A stretch of 64,000 nt of DNA, taken from the sequence record PV037725.1. One strand, 5' to 3'. The notes under the pieces were generated by a model. That model did not search any database and was not told the origin of the DNA. It saw only the letters and a program-made list of their open reading frames with translations. The translations under genes and the position numbers were made by a program. This document shows positions 1-10,336 of this stretch, piece by piece. How positions within the stretch are numbered: position 1 is the first letter of the stretch; each line of letters starts with the position of its first letter.

Positions 1-2
1 AA

Positions 3-257
3 GAAATCGATATTGTCGTCCAGGCTATCGATGACCTCACTAAAACCGTAAGTGGTTTGGAGCGAGTCATTAAGTTCAAGCAACAGCTTTACGCGGATTA
101 TTACAAAGCGTCTGCAACCTACGCTAACTTCTATATTCGTGCACGTGACACTATTGCAGAAGAAGTCCGTGTGAATCTGGTGGATGACAAAATCAAGGTT
201 GCCCTTGATAAGTTAGATAAGACCTGGGCTGAGCTTTTGAACAGCATGGGTATTTAA
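3..257 (+). CDS. 3' end of a gene running in from the left edge (partial), function unknown
   Basis: Frame open from base 3 (EIDIVVQAIDDLTKTVSGLERVIK...) to TAA at 257, immediately followed by a hairpin element. Confidence 0.75.
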   Translation, partial: EIDIVVQAIDDLTKTVSGLERVIKFKQQLYADYYKASATYANFYIRARDTIAEEVRVNLVDDKIKVALDKLDKTWAELLNSMGI

Positions 258-260
258 CGA

Positions 261-294
261 CATAAAGCCCCGACCGAAAGGCCGGGGCAATATG
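261..294. terminator. Bidirectional CATA-hairpin-TATG terminator-like element
   Basis: CATA aa GCCCCGACC GAAA GGCCGGGGC aa TATG between convergent genes. Confidence 0.8.
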
Positions 295-299
295 CTGTC

Positions 300-3224
300 T
301 TAGACTGGTTCGAGAGTATGACGATACCAGTTGAAAATCAGGTCGTCTTCAATGGTCAACTCTTGGTTAGGGAGTACAACCAGTTTCTGACGTACCGACA
401 ATCGTACTGCGTCATCTTCAACCGTGATGATGGCGTAGTTGTTAGTACCACCAAGACCTTTGGTTTCGATAGCCATTACTTCATCACCAGAGGTTTCAGT
501 CAGACGACTGGTAGCCTCAGAGATACTGATAGTACTACGTTCCAAGAACTCCGCGATGGTACTCTTAGTGTTAGCAATCAAACCTGGGCGAATGGTAGGG
601 TTGGTATAACCCGAACGACTAAGGTAATAACTGAAGCTAAAGGACTGGTCTACTGGGATAGTGATCTGTTGACCTTCACGGATCGATGCAACGGTATCGC
701 CGAACGTGGTGGTGGGGTACAAGAACAACTCAGCTTCACCCAACAGTCTTGAATCTAACAACTCAATGTCATTATCAATCCAAGTTACCAACTGCATCGG
801 GATCTCTTTGGCGTAAGTCGCTGCTTCACGTTCACTAGCAAAGTAATATTTACCGTCAACCATGAACAACGTGGTTTCGTACTTAAGCTTTCGAGCAGCA
901 ATCAAAATCGGCTGACCATCCGCGTTGTACATCGGATCACCAATACGGTGATCGTAGACAGGCTCACCAGCGTCAGTCAGTACTGGATCACCCACCCGGT
1001 GAAGGATATTGTACGACAAAGAACCATCTGGGTTGATAGTGATTACAACGTTACCGTTAGCATCGGTCTCGTAAACAGTCTGGGTGTAATAAGCTGGTAC
1101 GTTAAACTCATACTTCTTATACGACTCAGAACTAATCACTGGACGACTACGGCGCCACAGTTTCGTCATCTCATAGCCAAACACGGTTTCTAGGATTTCA
1201 CGAGTAACGCACATGAACTGGGCTGGGAGCAAATGAGTTTGCACCAGATCGTCAAGCTCGTTAGGTTTATACCCTGGTGTAACAGAGTTAACCACGCAGA
1301 TTGTAACAGCTAGGTTGGTATTCAGTGGAGCGAAGTAACCATTCTGTACAGTACTGAACATCGACATGTTAGTTGTGCGCAATGCATTACTAGCGTTAAT
1401 GTCAAAGTTAGTCATGATATCGAATTGGTAGATCGGCTCACCTTCTTGACGACCTAAGAACGTACCGTTAACAGAGGCCCAACGCGATTCACCAGCTGGT
1501 TGATAACCGATTTGTAAAACAACCTGATCGTCTTCCAGCTGCTTGAACTGCTCGCTCGTCTCAAGTACTACACGAATCCGATAACCACCTTCGATACGAT
1601 TAATGTCGTAAGAACTAATGGCTGCTTGCAGGTTAGCTGAATCGTTCTCACCCACAAACGTCTTAGTGGTGATGGTTGGATTATCCAGGTAGTAAGGGCG
1701 CATCTCAAAGTTGTCGTTAGAGATGTCCATCACGTTGTGCAGTGGCGAGTAAACGTATCGAGCGTTGTTAACTTCACGCGCACACTGTTCAGCCGGGATC
1801 GTATTAAGACGTGTAATCTCCGAGTCAGGTAAAGGTGTGACCTTACCGTTGTTGTAGTTATACAACATGCTTGGGAGAATAGTCAGTCGATTACCGTTGT
1901 CCGATACGTGAGTCGAACCGCCGAAGGAGTCCATATCGAATGTGATCTGAGACATCGCCACACCAGCACCAGACGTAATATCCAGATTACCCGTAGTCGA
2001 CATACGTCGAGCAGCAAGGTATTGCAGGTCAGTGATGTTATCGATGTTGGTAACCAGATCATAGCCACGACGATCCAGCGCCGAAGACAACTGAACGTTA
2101 GTGATCGGTAACTGCATTGGACCTAAGGTATTGTTGATCACCTGTTCCCGCAGTGTAGCGAACGACATGGCGTTAGAACCACCACTTACTCGACCACGGG
2201 CCAACACCTGTTGTGTAGTCAAGGTATTCATGGGTGCAGTAAACGTTTTATTGTCGTCAATCGAATTGAACGTAACTGAGAAATCAGCTTCAGCCAAAGT
2301 CGAGAAGTCTACGTCTACCGGGCCTTGGGTGGAGTAGATGTCGATACGAATCGAACCCTGCGCCAGTCCAGTAGTTACGTATACCACTGGGATGGTAGCA
2401 GTGAGTTGCCCAGTCGTAACTTTGAAAACCACCGTAAGCTTTTCTGGATCGTAAGTCAATGCACTATGGGTAGTGTTGATCTCTTTCCAAGTGGTTTCAT
2501 TGTCGGTGGAGATATAAGCTCGAGCATAGAAGAACTGATCATCTACCAGATAGGTCTTTTGGAACAGTGCCGACGGGTTCAGTGTATCGGTGTGAGTGTT
2601 GATAGCAAACTGTTGAACGGGGATACTCATCACCATCAATCGACGACGAAGGTTATCCACTTTAGAAGTCATCATCTGCCATTGAACAATGTTAGTAGTC
2701 AGCGTCTCAACCGGAGATACCATATCAAGCACGTATTCAACGTTGATACCGCCGTGACGCATCACAGTCATCTGAATTGGATACTGCATGGTGAATGGCA
2801 TCTTACCCGCTTGGAACTGAGTAAAGCGTGGGATTACTAAACGCTTCAAACCTTGATCACCGTAAGGCACAGCTTTCGAAACGATCTCGTCGTAGTCTAA
2901 CACCAACATGAACGGAGTAGATGCTGGGTTAGCAAAGCGACCCAAGTAGTCATCGTCAGCCATGTGTGCGTAAAGCTCATCGGGCGTAACTGCTTGACGA
3001 CCGTACAACCGACGCATTGACGCTTCGATATGGTTAACGTTAGCCGCTGTCTCCATACTCCCGCATTCCATCAGATAAACAAATGGTAGTGTCCCATCGG
3101 GTACATCGTAAGTTGGATTGTTAGGATCTGGGTTGAGCTGTGAATCTAGTTCGTTCATTACCAACGACTGAATCAAACTCGGGTTGTTAAGGATCTCGTA
3201 AAGATTGTCTTTAAAGCTACTCAT
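300..3224 (-). CDS. Virion structural protein, baseplate wedge-like (phiKZ gp87-like)
   Basis: 974 aa beta-rich ORF; GGSNAMSFATLREQVINN resembles the GG-x-D/N...LR motif of baseplate J/gp6-type wedge proteins; position next to the inner-head cluster matches recalled phiKZ order. Confidence 0.65.
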   Translation of the reverse strand: MSSFKDNLYEILNNPSLIQSLVMNELDSQLNPDPNNPTYDVPDGTLPFVYLMECGSMETAANVNHIEASMRRLYGRQAVTPDELYAHMADDDYLGRFANPASTPFMLVLDYDEIVSKAVPYGDQGLKRLVIPRFTQFQAGKMPFTMQYPIQMTVMRHGGINVEYVLDMVSPVETLTTNIVQWQMMTSKVDNLRRRLMVMSIPVQQFAINTHTDTLNPSALFQKTYLVDDQFFYARAYISTDNETTWKEINTTHSALTYDPEKLTVVFKVTTGQLTATIPVVYVTTGLAQGSIRIDIYSTQGPVDVDFSTLAEADFSVTFNSIDDNKTFTAPMNTLTTQQVLARGRVSGGSNAMSFATLREQVINNTLGPMQLPITNVQLSSALDRRGYDLVTNIDNITDLQYLAARRMSTTGNLDITSGAGVAMSQITFDMDSFGGSTHVSDNGNRLTILPSMLYNYNNGKVTPLPDSEITRLNTIPAEQCAREVNNARYVYSPLHNVMDISNDNFEMRPYYLDNPTITTKTFVGENDSANLQAAISSYDINRIEGGYRIRVVLETSEQFKQLEDDQVVLQIGYQPAGESRWASVNGTFLGRQEGEPIYQFDIMTNFDINASNALRTTNMSMFSTVQNGYFAPLNTNLAVTICVVNSVTPGYKPNELDDLVQTHLLPAQFMCVTREILETVFGYEMTKLWRRSRPVISSESYKKYEFNVPAYYTQTVYETDANGNVVITINPDGSLSYNILHRVGDPVLTDAGEPVYDHRIGDPMYNADGQPILIAARKLKYETTLFMVDGKYYFASEREAATYAKEIPMQLVTWIDNDIELLDSRLLGEAELFLYPTTTFGDTVASIREGQQITIPVDQSFSFSYYLSRSGYTNPTIRPGLIANTKSTIAEFLERSTISISEATSRLTETSGDEVMAIETKGLGGTNNYAIITVEDDAVRLSVRQKLVVLPNQELTIEDDLIFNWYRHTLEPV

Positions 3225-4303
3225 TAGGGCGTTCCTGTAGTTGTACCTGCGGCTTGATCGGCATCGCGAATAGTGGTAGTAAGGTTACCACCGTACTTGG
3301 CAGCGTAAGTACTTCTGAGTACGTGCCACTCTAATTCGTTATGGGCTTCAACGTTGATGTAAGGGTACGCTTCGAAGTTAAACCAGTTCAGCTCGTTTTG
3401 GCCAAGCTTAATGGTTTGAACACCACGATTACCATCCTTCATTGCGTCGTTGAATTCTTGGACCAATTCATTAAACTCATAAATTAAGATATAGTCGTAA
3501 ATTGTCATACCCATGCAACGCCAGCTGAAGTTAAGCTGATCGCTCACTGTCTGATACGGAGTCTCAGCACCGTCACCAGTAAAGTTGATACCTTGACCGG
3601 TTGGAGTGTTCATAGGAAGCATGGCACCGCATGCAGCTACACGCTGTACGTAGGTTTTAGTCGAGTCCATAACTAGGCGATAAACCCGGCTGTTGGCATC
3701 GTACTCGTTCAATAAAACTAGCTCAGGATACGGCATCAAACGCCCTTCCCGATTCAAGCCCATATAGACTTCCCACATGTACATCATCCATGATATAGGA
3801 TCGCCATCAATATTTCGGCAGGTCATTTGCAAATCGAACGTTCCGAATTGATAAGGAACATCATCTACGTATGCCATTGCATCACGGTAAACACCGGGTG
3901 CAGTCGTACTCAGATTCAATGTGAAATCTTCCCAACCAGTCAAACTGATAAGGTTGTTCGATAACAGTGGCATGAACGGTTGTAGCGGATCAACACCTGG
4001 GCACCAATCGGGACCATTTGCCTTATGGGCCTCAGGGTCGAGGTAAGCTCTAACTCGACGCTCAATACTGTGTGGATTTGGATTAAGTAACATCTGAAGA
4101 CGTCGATCAACCAAGCAATTGGCTTCTGACAAATTCAAATATGGTCGTGTAAAAAAGGTATACCCATGGTTCTCAGTGTTGAGTGGTACGGCGTTGTTAC
4201 GGCCCGTAATATTTAACCCACGAAACGTATCGTATATTGATTGATCACGCGGCGATAAACCCGAGTTCTTGATGATCTGATTGATGAAATCACTTAAAGC
4301 CAT
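3224..4303 (-). CDS. Virion tail/baseplate structural protein (phiKZ gp88-like)
   Basis: 359 aa; stop overlaps the start of the downstream gene (TAATG on minus strand); synteny. Confidence 0.55.
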   Translation of the reverse strand: MALSDFINQIIKNSGLSPRDQSIYDTFRGLNITGRNNAVPLNTENHGYTFFTRPYLNLSEANCLVDRRLQMLLNPNPHSIERRVRAYLDPEAHKANGPDWCPGVDPLQPFMPLLSNNLISLTGWEDFTLNLSTTAPGVYRDAMAYVDDVPYQFGTFDLQMTCRNIDGDPISWMMYMWEVYMGLNREGRLMPYPELVLLNEYDANSRVYRLVMDSTKTYVQRVAACGAMLPMNTPTGQGINFTGDGAETPYQTVSDQLNFSWRCMGMTIYDYILIYEFNELVQEFNDAMKDGNRGVQTIKLGQNELNWFNFEAYPYINVEAHNELEWHVLRSTYAAKYGGNLTTTIRDADQAAGTTTGTP

Positions 4304-4339
4304 TTTAATTAACCTCTTTTATGATTAAAGGAAGAGACT

Positions 4340-5548
4340 ATGACATTACCAATTGTTGCAGCTGCTGCCGCAGGTGACATGAAGGGTCTGGGCAAAGAAC
4401 TTATGTCCACTGTCCTGACCGCTGCAAAAGCCTCGACGCGAGTAAGCTCTCTCGCCGACCTGGCTAAGCCATGCCGCGTTGAACCAATTACCCTGATTGA
4501 CCAGACCATCGCCGACCAACCATACGTGGTTGATCTGATGAAGCTGACCGTGAGTCTGTTTGCCGGGTATTACCTGCAAGCTGTAAACATGGTGATGGGT
4601 GTTGGTAAAATTGATACCCTCAAAGTGTTCGACGCATTGAACCCAGAACGTAGTTTGGGTGGGTTGGCTTTCGAAGAATACCGGGGCGCTGTATATGATC
4701 CCGCTACTTATAGCAATGGACTCCCATCGCTGGAAGCATTTAGCAAACCAATGAGTCGTGGCTTGATTGCGGAATACTCGCAAGAAAAGTTTGAAGACGC
4801 TTGGAAAGAGGAAGCTCCATACCGTGCATCATTGGAAGATGACAAAGGTACCGAGGAATCCGATAAACCACCACGCAATTCCATTAGTTCCTCTGACGCT
4901 CATAAAATCTACGAAGCAGAGAACCTAGCTATTGGTAAACTGTTGAGTGTTGACGTTAGCTCCGATGGCGAGAAGAAGAAACTCCCAGTACTGATTAAGC
5001 TGGTACCGGCTGTTGTTCCGTCTGATACACTGGTTCAGATCTTTACTGCTGGTGGTCGTGACACTTGGGCACACCGTATGTTCTTGGTCAAATCCGGTCA
5101 GATTAAATTCTGGCGTGACTTCGTAATGGGTCAGGATATGATTGACGCACATATGAAGTCGATGATGTCTGACACTAAAGGTGTTTACAAGGCTATCATG
5201 GACCGTCGTCGTAACAACGTATCCAAGTCTGTGCAGTCCGGTCGCTTGAGTTTGGCGGATGCTTCTAACATCGCTATCATCTCTGCCACCACTATGAAGA
5301 AATCGGCGAATACCTTACTGGCTAAGATCGACGATAAGAACATGCGTGACAAGATCTTCGATAACTCCTATCTGCTGATGCTGATGGTAGTTGACGAGCG
5401 TTGGGGTCGTGTGACTATTTACCATCGTGGTGTTGATCTGTCGACTAGCTACCGCATCGAAGACGTTAAACTGGCTGAGAAATCTAAAGGTCAAGACGTT
5501 ACTGAGATCTTCAAGCTGTTCAACAAGCAAATGCACACTAACATCTAA
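4340..5548 (+). CDS. Inner head protein (phiKZ gp89-like)
   Basis: 402 aa; SD GGAAG; S/A-x-E motifs (SLE, SQE, ASLE) of prohead-protease substrates; first gene of the head cluster. Confidence 0.65.
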   Translation: MTLPIVAAAAAGDMKGLGKELMSTVLTAAKASTRVSSLADLAKPCRVEPITLIDQTIADQPYVVDLMKLTVSLFAGYYLQAVNMVMGVGKIDTLKVFDALNPERSLGGLAFEEYRGAVYDPATYSNGLPSLEAFSKPMSRGLIAEYSQEKFEDAWKEEAPYRASLEDDKGTEESDKPPRNSISSSDAHKIYEAENLAIGKLLSVDVSSDGEKKKLPVLIKLVPAVVPSDTLVQIFTAGGRDTWAHRMFLVKSGQIKFWRDFVMGQDMIDAHMKSMMSDTKGVYKAIMDRRRNNVSKSVQSGRLSLADASNIAIISATTMKKSANTLLAKIDDKNMRDKIFDNSYLLMLMVVDERWGRVTIYHRGVDLSTSYRIEDVKLAEKSKGQDVTEIFKLFNKQMHTNI

Positions 5549-5559
5549 GGGGTCTCCAG

Positions 5560-6453
5560 ATGAGTCTTTTGTCCTTTGTCCAATCCTTACCGAACGTGCT
5601 GGAACGCCGTCAGGTAATGAACGTTGTAGATCAGCTCAAGCTGGAATACGATGATACCATCTCGCCGATCCTTGATGATGTTCGTGAAACCTATCAAGGT
5701 AAGCAGCTTAAATCCATCCTGAATAAGCGTATGGATACAGTAACCCGCCGGTTCGTTAGTTTCAATGGTGACTCGCTCACATTGATCCTTAACAACCTGA
5801 CTAACATTCGTGGTTACTTCGAACTGCTGGAACGTGACGTTAAGTCTGCATTCAGTGTACAGTTCACCAATACCAACATGTCCTTCGAGCGTGCAAACGT
5901 TCTGAGGTTCATTGAGGCTCTAGCGTTCTACATTCGATATGCTCGCAAATATCTGTTGTTCCTCACTGCACAAGAATCTGCGGTCATCGGTAAATCGACT
6001 GCTGGTAAATGGTCTGCTGCTGAGATCGAGTGGGTTGACAGTCATATGGTCACCTTCGCTGAGCTGTATCAAACCATGGCTATCCAACCGAATGAGTTTA
6101 AAGCGCGTATTCAACGTACTTCGAACGCGGTTATTGACGAGTCTACTTATCAGGTTGCTATGCAGTCCCTGGGTGCTCAAAAGACTGACCCATTCCAAAT
6201 GGACGGCTTTAGCCCGCGACAAAACCCATTCATGATGCTCGGCAAGTTTCTGGCAGAGATGCAGGTTACCCGCTATAACGAAGCTAAGGAAGAATTCTAC
6301 GGTCTGCAATTGCGACTGCAAGAACTTCGTGATCTGAGTGAAGGCCAACCCGCTAACCCTAAAGTCCAGAAGTTGATCCAGGATTATGAGAAACGCATCA
6401 GCGAGTATGAATACGACCTGAAGCAAATCGAAGAGAAGGCTGGTCTTGCCTAA
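5560..6453 (+). CDS. Inner head protein (phiKZ gp90-like), helical
   Basis: 297 aa; coiled-coil C-terminus; synteny. Confidence 0.6.
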   Translation: MSLLSFVQSLPNVLERRQVMNVVDQLKLEYDDTISPILDDVRETYQGKQLKSILNKRMDTVTRRFVSFNGDSLTLILNNLTNIRGYFELLERDVKSAFSVQFTNTNMSFERANVLRFIEALAFYIRYARKYLLFLTAQESAVIGKSTAGKWSAAEIEWVDSHMVTFAELYQTMAIQPNEFKARIQRTSNAVIDESTYQVAMQSLGAQKTDPFQMDGFSPRQNPFMMLGKFLAEMQVTRYNEAKEEFYGLQLRLQELRDLSEGQPANPKVQKLIQDYEKRISEYEYDLKQIEEKAGLA

Positions 6454-6462
6454 GGAGGCACC

Positions 6463-6999
6463 ATGGCTACTAATGCTGTAAAGCCATTCCCAGACGGGCG
6501 AGACTACTCCGGTGGTCAGATCAAGCCGACTAAACGTTTTGAAATGCGTCAAGGTGATCCCCGAGTACACGCTCTGTTTGTACAGTTCACCAATGAACCT
6601 AAGAAGGCGGTAACTTGGGAATTCCAAAGCAAGGTTGTTACTTTAGCGCAGGAACTATTCGAAGGTGAATACAACTGGTTTATCCGTCAAGACTCTAATG
6701 CCTTGATGAAAGATCAGAACTACGCTTTCGTTTTAGATACCATTCGCTTCATTGCAACAGGTCGTCGGAAGTTCAGTATCCACACATGGCCCGCTTTGGT
6801 GAGCTATGAAGTACCACTGATTTCTGAATCGGTACAAGGTCGTCGTGAAATCTTTTTCTTGATGGAACAACTGGCCGTACCGACACAAACGAATGCATTC
6901 CTACAACGCTGGCTTAGCTGGCCCGATGGGTTTAATGATCTGGTCTACACCATGCATCTGTTGTTTGGTAGTGTTCCGGAACAAATCGCACAACGCTAG
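6463..6999 (+). CDS. Putative virion protein (phiKZ gp91-like)
   Basis: 178 aa; strong SD AGGAGG; within the head operon. Confidence 0.55.
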   Translation: MATNAVKPFPDGRDYSGGQIKPTKRFEMRQGDPRVHALFVQFTNEPKKAVTWEFQSKVVTLAQELFEGEYNWFIRQDSNALMKDQNYAFVLDTIRFIATGRRKFSIHTWPALVSYEVPLISESVQGRREIFFLMEQLAVPTQTNAFLQRWLSWPDGFNDLVYTMHLLFGSVPEQIAQR

Positions 7000-7007
7000 G
7001 AGGGATA

Positions 7008-8288
7008 ATGGTTAATTCTATTAACCGTCCCCAACCTGAACTCGGCGGGGTAACACCCGCCGATTTTAACGTCTTGTCCAATGAGTTCTTTACTGAGCTG
7101 GATCGCCAAGCAGCTAACGCTCAGGCTACCTGTGATGAAATGGCGGCATTGGAGAAACTCTTTATAGCCCTTGAAGGGACTGATTCATCGATGCTCAAGC
7201 TTGCATTAGAGCGGTATGGACTGGATGATGTAGTTTCCAATGAAGACGTTAACCGTGCAGCTATTCAGGCGTGGGAACGTGTAAAGGTAAACCTACGGCG
7301 TTTCCAAAGCGATCTGTTTGGTTACGCTAAAGTAATTCAATCCGGTGCCGATCGTTTGGTTGAGCGACTGGAGATGTTGAAGGGTATTGCCGAGAAGGCT
7401 AACAAAGTACCATTCAAAGATCAGATCTCGGTGAAGAAGAATCAGAAGTTCGCCATCAACGGTGGTTTTCAACCATTCGACATTCGACCGCTATTGGAGG
7501 ATACTAACAATACCTACGACTTTTACGATAAGGTGTTGTTACCCTACATGAAGCAGATCGACAAGTTACTTAATACAGTTGAGTTAAACCTCACTTGGAC
7601 TGAGAACACTGAGATGCGGTTTGAGTTATTCAGTGCTGGTAAATGGATGAAGAACTTTAAACCGTTGGAAGAACCAGACGAGCGTTTCCGCGCAGCGTCA
7701 TTTGTAGTACGTGGTATAACTGCTCAAGGTGAGAAGGCCATCTATTACTCAGGTCCACCAGACACTAAGACTGAGAACGTCAAAGACTGGGGTTACTTCA
7801 TAACGACTATTCGTAGTATGCGTTACCGGTATCTCAAAATACCTGGCCAACAGCCACTCAATGAATCTGATAACAAGATTGATGTTGAGAACGCAACCAC
7901 CATCCGTCAACGACTTAACTACCTGATCGGTATTGCCAAACGTATCCAAGGTCGTAAAGGTTATGACCAGAAGATCTCGACTGAACTTCGTAAGATCGAA
8001 AGGTCAGCTGAGAAAGTACGTAACATGACTAAGTCGATGCGTACTCAAATGGATCGTAACAATGTTGAAGAAGATCGAGACGAAGGGCGACCTAACGTTT
8101 CTGACACCGTGAAAGACATCTCGACCATCATGAACTCCATGACTCGATTAGTCCACGACTTCAACAACGCTGTAGCTGGGCAACTGAGATTAGCGGGTGC
8201 CTTGGGGTTTGTATGTGACTTAGAACTTAAGGCATATGAAGCCCCACTTGAGAAGCCAACGCCCGAAGTACAAGACAAACTTGCTTAA
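7008..8288 (+). CDS. Inner head protein, processed paralog family
   Basis: 426 aa; ALE and SNE motifs in an N-terminal propeptide-like region. Confidence 0.6.
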   Translation: MVNSINRPQPELGGVTPADFNVLSNEFFTELDRQAANAQATCDEMAALEKLFIALEGTDSSMLKLALERYGLDDVVSNEDVNRAAIQAWERVKVNLRRFQSDLFGYAKVIQSGADRLVERLEMLKGIAEKANKVPFKDQISVKKNQKFAINGGFQPFDIRPLLEDTNNTYDFYDKVLLPYMKQIDKLLNTVELNLTWTENTEMRFELFSAGKWMKNFKPLEEPDERFRAASFVVRGITAQGEKAIYYSGPPDTKTENVKDWGYFITTIRSMRYRYLKIPGQQPLNESDNKIDVENATTIRQRLNYLIGIAKRIQGRKGYDQKISTELRKIERSAEKVRNMTKSMRTQMDRNNVEEDRDEGRPNVSDTVKDISTIMNSMTRLVHDFNNAVAGQLRLAGALGFVCDLELKAYEAPLEKPTPEVQDKLA

Positions 8289-8291
8289 CGG

Positions 8292-8322
8292 CATACTGGG
8301 AACCATTACGGTTCCCCTTATG
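8292..8322. terminator. CATA-hairpin-TATG element
   Basis: CATA ct GGGAACC ATTAC GGTTCCC ct TATG, 3 nt after the stop. Confidence 0.7.
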
Positions 8323-8354
8323 CTATGTTATTCTAATTTACAGAGAGCATACAC

Positions 8355-10277
8355 ATGTCCCTTTTCGATTTGAAATCACTGGTCAGCAAAGAAGACTTCG
8401 CTGACGCACATGAACCATTGAATGATGGTATTAAAGAAGTACCGAATGCACAAACCGTAGCTGCCAGTGTCGGAACTGGTGACGTGGGTAAAGACACTAC
8501 CAGTCCAGGTCCTGCCAAAGTAGTACCAGAAAAACCTGATACTGATGAAGCTACTAAAACTGAACACAACGTAGTTAAAGAATCAGCCGAGAAGAAAGGT
8601 AGTACTCCAGCTGCTGCACCTGCGGCAAAACCTTTCCCACCAAAGAAAGAAGAAACCGATAAACCCGCTGGCGACAAAGCTCCTCCATTCACACCTAAGG
8701 ATGAGACAGCTGACAAGGCTGAAGATGACACTGCTGAAACTGAGTTGGAACATACCAGTGAGAAAGCAGCTAAGGATGATCTGGAGAAGACTGAGAAAGC
8801 CAAAGAAGCTCTCGAAGCCTATGCACCTAAAGCTAAACGCTTTGACATCATTGGTCACCCAACTCGCCAAGCTGAACAAATTGGCAAAGCGATCGGTTTC
8901 GTACAACGTCGTTCCGGTGTGAAGGGTGAAGTAACTGTTTCCGCTGAATCGATTGACGGGGCTATTGCCTTGAGTCAAACTCGTCTGGCTAAACTGGAAC
9001 GTGAAGTTCGCATCCTCGGTCAACGGAGAGTATCTGCTGAAGACATCTCAGATTCGATGGGTATTGATAATCCACCGCTGGTTGAAGAGATCGCTGTAAC
9101 TGAAGCACCTACCGAACACGGTGCTCCACCTATGGAACCGACCGCCGCCGCAGCTTTGACTGAAGCCGAAATCGACCCACTGGATGTACCTATCCTGGAG
9201 ATCCAGCGAGTTCAAGAAACGATCGACGCCCTCCAGGGTAGTCAAGCCGCTCTTGAAAAGTACATTCATATTGTTCGTACCAATCCTAATATGTCGAAGC
9301 AAGCTGCCGCTGTATTGCATGCTGGGTTGGAACAAATTGACCAAGCATGTGGATTGAAGATCCGAGCAACTGGTCTGGAGAACTATTTGACAACGCCACG
9401 TGCCGCAATGGAAGTTGGTGATGTCAATGAGAAATCTCTATTGGATCGCGCTGGGGAAATTGGCGCTAAGATTCTGAATTGGCTTATGAAGTTGTTTGAG
9501 TATGCCGAAACCTTTACATTACGGTTTAGTGAAGGTATGACTGATGTGATCAGCGAGTTCCGTCGCATTCGTGATGCAGTTCAAAGTGGTGTGATGCCTG
9601 CAATGAATGCAGCTTCGGTCCGACCTGAATTGATGCTCGAGGGTGAGTTCGTAGGGGACAAATTAACAGCTGTTGAAAAGGCTGTCCCAAAAGCACTGGC
9701 CGGTAACCGTCGTGATGTAATTTCGAAGGTTGTTCGACCATTGGTGTCAGCACTTAAATCCGGTGCGGCATCTGATGAGATGTTTGACCGAATCGAAGAG
9801 ATCAGTACCCAGTTCAACGACTCGGCTGCACAAACTCTAGTGTTACCTGGTGAAGCACACCTGACTGCACGTGGGTTGAATGTTGAATTCGAATTGCCGA
9901 ATAGTACGCTCAACGGTCGAGATAAACCGAAGCATACAAAGAACGTTAATCTGCCAGATTACCCGGTACAGCAGTTGCACCGTAACATCGATGAGATCAT
10001 TCGGTATATTGAAGAACTGACAGAGACCTCTGTAGCGTTAGCTATGGTGCAAGCTGGTTCTGACATCAAAGCCGCCATCATTGAATGTCGTCGTAAATCT
10101 AAAGGCGGTGACGAGGCAATGTTCCAGAAAGTTCAAAGTGCCGCTATGAAGATTGTAGAAGGGTCTTTACATCAGCGAACTTATTTCAAAGTACTTGGTG
10201 CCTTGGCTAAAGCACAGTTGGCCCGTGCGGCATACTTTGATATGCGTCTACGTAACTCCCCACTGGCTACATCCTAA
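8355..10277 (+). CDS. Inner head protein with long charged/Pro-rich propeptide (phiKZ gp93-97 family)
   Basis: 640 aa; several cleavage-type motifs (SKE, SAE, ALE, GLE, AME); helical paralog core. Confidence 0.7.
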   Translation: MSLFDLKSLVSKEDFADAHEPLNDGIKEVPNAQTVAASVGTGDVGKDTTSPGPAKVVPEKPDTDEATKTEHNVVKESAEKKGSTPAAAPAAKPFPPKKEETDKPAGDKAPPFTPKDETADKAEDDTAETELEHTSEKAAKDDLEKTEKAKEALEAYAPKAKRFDIIGHPTRQAEQIGKAIGFVQRRSGVKGEVTVSAESIDGAIALSQTRLAKLEREVRILGQRRVSAEDISDSMGIDNPPLVEEIAVTEAPTEHGAPPMEPTAAAALTEAEIDPLDVPILEIQRVQETIDALQGSQAALEKYIHIVRTNPNMSKQAAAVLHAGLEQIDQACGLKIRATGLENYLTTPRAAMEVGDVNEKSLLDRAGEIGAKILNWLMKLFEYAETFTLRFSEGMTDVISEFRRIRDAVQSGVMPAMNAASVRPELMLEGEFVGDKLTAVEKAVPKALAGNRRDVISKVVRPLVSALKSGAASDEMFDRIEEISTQFNDSAAQTLVLPGEAHLTARGLNVEFELPNSTLNGRDKPKHTKNVNLPDYPVQQLHRNIDEIIRYIEELTETSVALAMVQAGSDIKAAIIECRRKSKGGDEAMFQKVQSAAMKIVEGSLHQRTYFKVLGALAKAQLARAAYFDMRLRNSPLATS

Positions 10278-10289
10278 TTAGATCGATTA

Positions 10290-10320
10290 AGGAAGGTGGT
10301 CTAACCGCCTTCTTTATTTT
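10290..10320 (+). terminator. Intrinsic terminator
   Basis: GAAGGTGG/CCGCCTTC stem followed by TTTATTTT. Confidence 0.7.
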
Positions 10321-10336
10321 AGTAAAGGTATTGAAC

